Shown in pieces: positions 60,230 to 64,000 of a stretch of DNA of 64,000 nt. The position numbers and the translations under genes are program-made. Within the stretch, counting starts at the first letter, position 1; every line of letters begins with the position of its first letter. This DNA is from Octopus sinensis (lineage: Eukaryota): NCBI RefSeq assembly GCF_006345805.1, contig NC_043017.1:9610001-9674000 (forward strand), read 5' to 3'. The notes under the pieces are model-generated. The model was not told the DNA's origin. It did no database searches and saw only the letters and a list, made by a program, of their open reading frames with translations.

Positions 60230-60720
60230 ATGAACATTCATATATTTCCAATTTAAAAGAAATTTGAACAATAGATACAACTCCAATGACTTTTGGAAAC
60301 ATTTTTTTCACGCTAAGAGTTTGTTGAAGCATGGAACAAACATCTTACAAACAATAACTCTGAGCACCTTTTCAAACTCCACCTGTCTAACACTCGTGGA
60401 CATGTTTACAAAGTCAGAAAACAGCACAGCTCCCATGACTTTTGGAAACATTTTTTCATGCTAAGAGTTGCTGAAGTATGGAACAAACTGCCGGCATCAG
60501 TTGTTAGTTGTCTGAGCACTGCATCCTTCAAAAGTTCTATGCTTCCAGAGATTCGCCAACACTACACCTGATTTTCTCTCCTCCATACACATGCAAGCAT
60601 GTATCTCTGACTCATACACTGTTCACTTTCCAGACATTTCTACATTACTGCATATGCTTTATAAGCACTTTTGACAAGTTGTGGTGCACCTGAGCACTGT
60701 ATAGAATAATTTCATTATTA
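60230..60720 (+). mobile_element. CR1/L2-group LINE 3' fragment with an internal duplication
   Basis: HFF-x-LRV-x-E-x-WNKLPASVVSCLSTASFKSSMLPEIRQHYT*; the block ATGACTTTTGGAAACATTTTTT occurs at 60285 and 60435. Confidence 0.75.
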
Positions 60721-61124
60721 TAAGACTCATATTAAAAAAGATTCCCAACAATTCAACTTCTCTGGTTGATTTTAAGATCCATCCACCCACCCAATAGGAG
60801 CCTTAACTCCCACATTTTAGAGCTCCATGTGCTCCATTTTTCAGGAGCAAAAACCTTTGAATAGGTTTTATAAGATTTGGATTTTGGAATCTGGGCATAA
60901 AGATGAGTAGTATGGGATAAATGTGCCATGATTAGAATTTTTGTTAGGATGTGTAAAGAGAGAAAGAACCCTCATTAAAATTCTTAATCTCCAATTTTAA
61001 TGAAATTCAAATCATAGGTGTTCCAGTTCACTAGAGAAAATATAAAAGAAAAGTCTAATTCTTCAATTCCATGTGACACAGGCAAAACTGGGTATCTCTG
61101 CTAGTATATATATATATAGATCTT

Positions 61125-61355
61125 CGGCGGCGAGCTGGCAGAAACGTTAGCACACTGGGCGAAATGCTTAGCGATATTTCGTCTGTCGTTACATTCTGAG
61201 TTCAAATTCCACCGAGGTCGACTTTGCCTTTCATCCTTTCAGGGTCGATAAATAAAAGTACCAGTTTCGCACTGGGGTCGATGTAATCGACTTAATCCCT
61301 TGTCTGTCCTTGTTTGTCCCCTCTATGTTTAGCCTCTTGTGGGCAATAAAGAAAT
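61125..61355 (+). mobile_element. SINE family B, full monomer
   Basis: GGCGGCGAGCTGGCAGAAACG through to GGCAATAAAGAAATA. Confidence 0.88.
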
Positions 61356-61364
61356 ATATATATA

Positions 61365-61510
61365 GAAGAGAAGAAGGAAGTAAATGGAGAAAGAGCACAC
61401 ACAAAGACGAAAAGTGTTGCTGAAGAGGTCACAGATGTGTGACGAAAGATTTCCAGGCAATGGACATCAGTTAGAATAAGAACAGAAATAAAAGAGTGAA
61501 GAATAAATAT
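61365..61510 (+). mobile_element. Penelope-like element end with a hammerhead-like motif
   Basis: TTG-CTGAAGA-G-GTCAC-AGATGT-GTGAC-GAAAGATTTC-CAG at 61417-61456. Confidence 0.55.
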
Positions 61511-62575
61511 ATAGTGCCTGTGTTTACTTGGCAAAAAAAAAAAAGACCATCCTGAAATACAACAATATCTGTTTCAACACACAACTTCACATCAGGAGAC
61601 TTGTAACACAAATTCATATATATATATACAAAATAAGAAAATGGAGAAATACACCTTAATCAATAATCAACTACCAGATAATACCCATTCACATAATTTA
61701 TTAACCAACTACATATGAACAATAAGGTCTGGCAGTATATTGGATATATGTTATCCCATGGTGGGTTGCACTCACAACCCCTATCTCAATTTGTATATAT
61801 ATATATATATATATATATAAATATATATAAAAATACAAAATGGGACAAGAACGCAAAACACTCAAAGAGATGACACAAAAAATGGACGGGTCACTCGAAG
61901 CCTCCAATCTTCAGTCAAGAACCGGATCATCCTCGCAATTTCGGCTGATTAATCTTGAGATCGCTCCGATCCGGCCAGCCCCAAGGAAAAACTAAGCTAA
62001 TATATATATTGATCAAAGGCATTGATCAACCCAGGGCCATAGTAGAAGAAGACGCTTGCCCAAGATATAGTGTTGTGGGATTGAACCTGAAGTCACATAA
62101 TTGGAAAGTAAGCTTCTTGATCTCACAGCTATACCTGCATGTCAAAGTTCTTTTAAAAAAAAGCTAACCTTTTAAAAACAGAGAATCAAGAATTTACCAT
62201 TCTGTTAGGCAGCAGTAATTAAAAATGATGTTGATTACATTATTGATAAACAGATAATAATAAAATTTTTACTCGTATTTTGTAAAATACCAGTACAAAT
62301 TTTCCTCTCTTTTCTTTGAAAAAATATGCAATTACTTCTAAACACCCTTATGTATGTATGTATGTATGTATGTATGTATGTATGTATGTATGTATGTATG
62401 TATGTATGTATGTATGTATGTATATACATATCTATCTATCTATATATATATATACCGGAGTAAACACATAAATGTGAAACAGGGTGGAAAAAAGAGTATT
62501 CAAATACCAGTGGTAGAGTAATATGCTTTATTTAAAGCAGCAGAAAATTCTACAAAACCTGTATATATATATATG

Positions 62576-62719
<144 letters not shown>

Positions 62720-62909
62720 TAGTTCTAAAACAGCCTTGGTTTTTTATCTCATTACGAATAAAAAAATTTCATATATACGTATATTGACTATTGAAAAGGT
62801 TGCAAGAAGCAACGAAAATTTTAGGAAAATAAAAGTAAGAAAAAAGTGGAAATTTTACCGGTGAGTGTGATACATTATAAGGCACAAAAGCAAAATTACT
62901 CTCTGCAGT

Positions 62910-62981
62910 TCCCATGTGGTCTAGTGGTTAGGATTCCTGGCTTTCACCCAGGCGGCCCGGGTTCGATTCCCGGCATGGGAA
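62910..62981 (+). tRNA. trnE-UUC: tRNA-Glu (anticodon UUC)
   Basis: 72 nt. Acceptor stem TCCCATG/CATGGGA 7/7; anticodon stem CCTGG/CCAGG with loop CT-TTC-AC; T stem CCGGG/CCCGG with loop TTCGATT. A and B boxes are intact and the sequence closely resembles animal tRNA-Glu. No encoded CCA. Confidence 0.96.
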
Positions 62982-62985
62982 CGTC

Positions 62986-62992
62986 TTTTTTT
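62986..62992 (+). terminator. RNA polymerase III oligo-T terminator (T7)
   Basis: TTTTTTT begins 5 nt after the tRNA discriminator base. Confidence 0.8.
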
Positions 62993-63047
62993 CAGCGGTG
63001 GTGCCCCAGCATGGCCGCGTCCTTTGGGCTGAAACATTTTTAAGGAT
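62991..63047 (+). mobile_element. 3'-terminal 57 nt of the CR1/L2-group LINE
   Basis: 54/57 identical to the reverse complement of 41041-41097, including one TTAAGGAT tail unit. Confidence 0.9.
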
Positions 63048-63756
63048 ATACATATATATAAATGTACATATATACACACATATATACCTATGCACACTCA
63101 CACATATATATACGTATATACACACACACACATATTGTTGTTCTTATGTTAAATTGTCGTATGTCCAAATGCGTTTTTTTTTTTTCAATATTTATATTTT
63201 CTTGCAATAGCCGGTTCTTTTGGTCAAATTATCGTATCTCCAGTTGCTTCAGATGCCAAGATATCAAAAACTGTCAAAGTGTCGTACAACGGTTTTGTTA
63301 TGGAATGGTGAAACTATTTTTTCGTTTTCTGAAAAAGCAGCGTTTTGGACTTACGACACTTTTGCATTATACCAACGATATATATATATATATATCATCA
63401 TCATATATATATATGCATGAACATTCATATATGTAATTAACTCATATTGTAAACTCTTACTTCCTTGGGTATTTTGCCGTTTTTATTGATACGCATGCAT
63501 GTATATGTTTATATACTTATATTATATGTTCGTAGATGAATGTACACACACATGCATGTATGTACGCACATATTCACACACACATATACACACCAATCTT
63601 CCTCCTGTCTGTCCGCCTTCACTCCCCCCCCCCCTATTCTCTTTGACACTCTTTCACTCCCCCATATTACTCATACTCTTTTCCCATTGTCACTCTTTCA
63701 CTATACACACACAAACACATGCATCTACACATGCCAAATACATATATATATATATA

Positions 63757-64000
63757 TCTTTATATATAAAACTCTAGTTGTGTGCGTGTCTGTCTCCTAC
63801 GATTTAGATTCCTAACTCCTCCCACATTTTGCGGTGCAGTTTAACCAAATTCGGGTATCTTATAGTCGTGATTAATATCGAGCCCGTCTGGCTATTAGCG
63901 CGCGTCTACGATGAGTCTACGATTTTTAAAATAATTTAACATCATTTTTTATTCCATTTTAATGCATAATTTTTCGTGTGTCGATGGCGGCGGAGTTGGC
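63757..64000 (+). mobile_element. Non-autonomous Helitron (subfamily 1), runs off the window end
   Basis: A|TC start; near-identical reverse complement of about 28970-29214. Confidence 0.88.

Overview
AT-rich, repeat-saturated eukaryotic DNA with no recognisable protein-coding gene. Its SINE families and microsatellite load look like an octopod cephalopod genome; this is from recollection of those families, not a database search. Almost every ORF in the supplied track is a microsatellite artefact or a transposon fragment. Supported content: (1) one structurally intact tRNA-Glu(UUC) at 62910-62981; (2) four tRNA-derived SINE families, here called A-D, in dozens of copies; (3) LINE relics of the CR1/L2 group, RTE clade and RLE-bearing R4-like type; (4) mariner, Tc1 and hAT-type DNA transposons and MITEs, several with TIRs and TSDs; (5) non-autonomous Helitrons, including a head-to-tail dimer; (6) Penelope-like element ends with minimal hammerhead-ribozyme-like motifs, 8 copies; (7) minisatellites and two microsatellite-bounded tandem duplications. 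The most interesting observations are: a tRNA-Glu joined through its oligo-T terminator to a LINE 3' end, with an upstream repeat broken exactly at the tRNA 5' end (candidate tRNA/LINE chimeric retrocopy); hammerhead-like motifs with palindromic stem III and a recurrent CUGUNGA variant core; a compensatorily varying 3' stem-loop shared by a LINE and a SINE; two frame-preserving microexon candidates on the + strand; an array of in-frame splice donors; and RLE LINE fragments flanked by (ACAT)n. Boundaries of degenerate repeats are approximate, about +/-20 bp.
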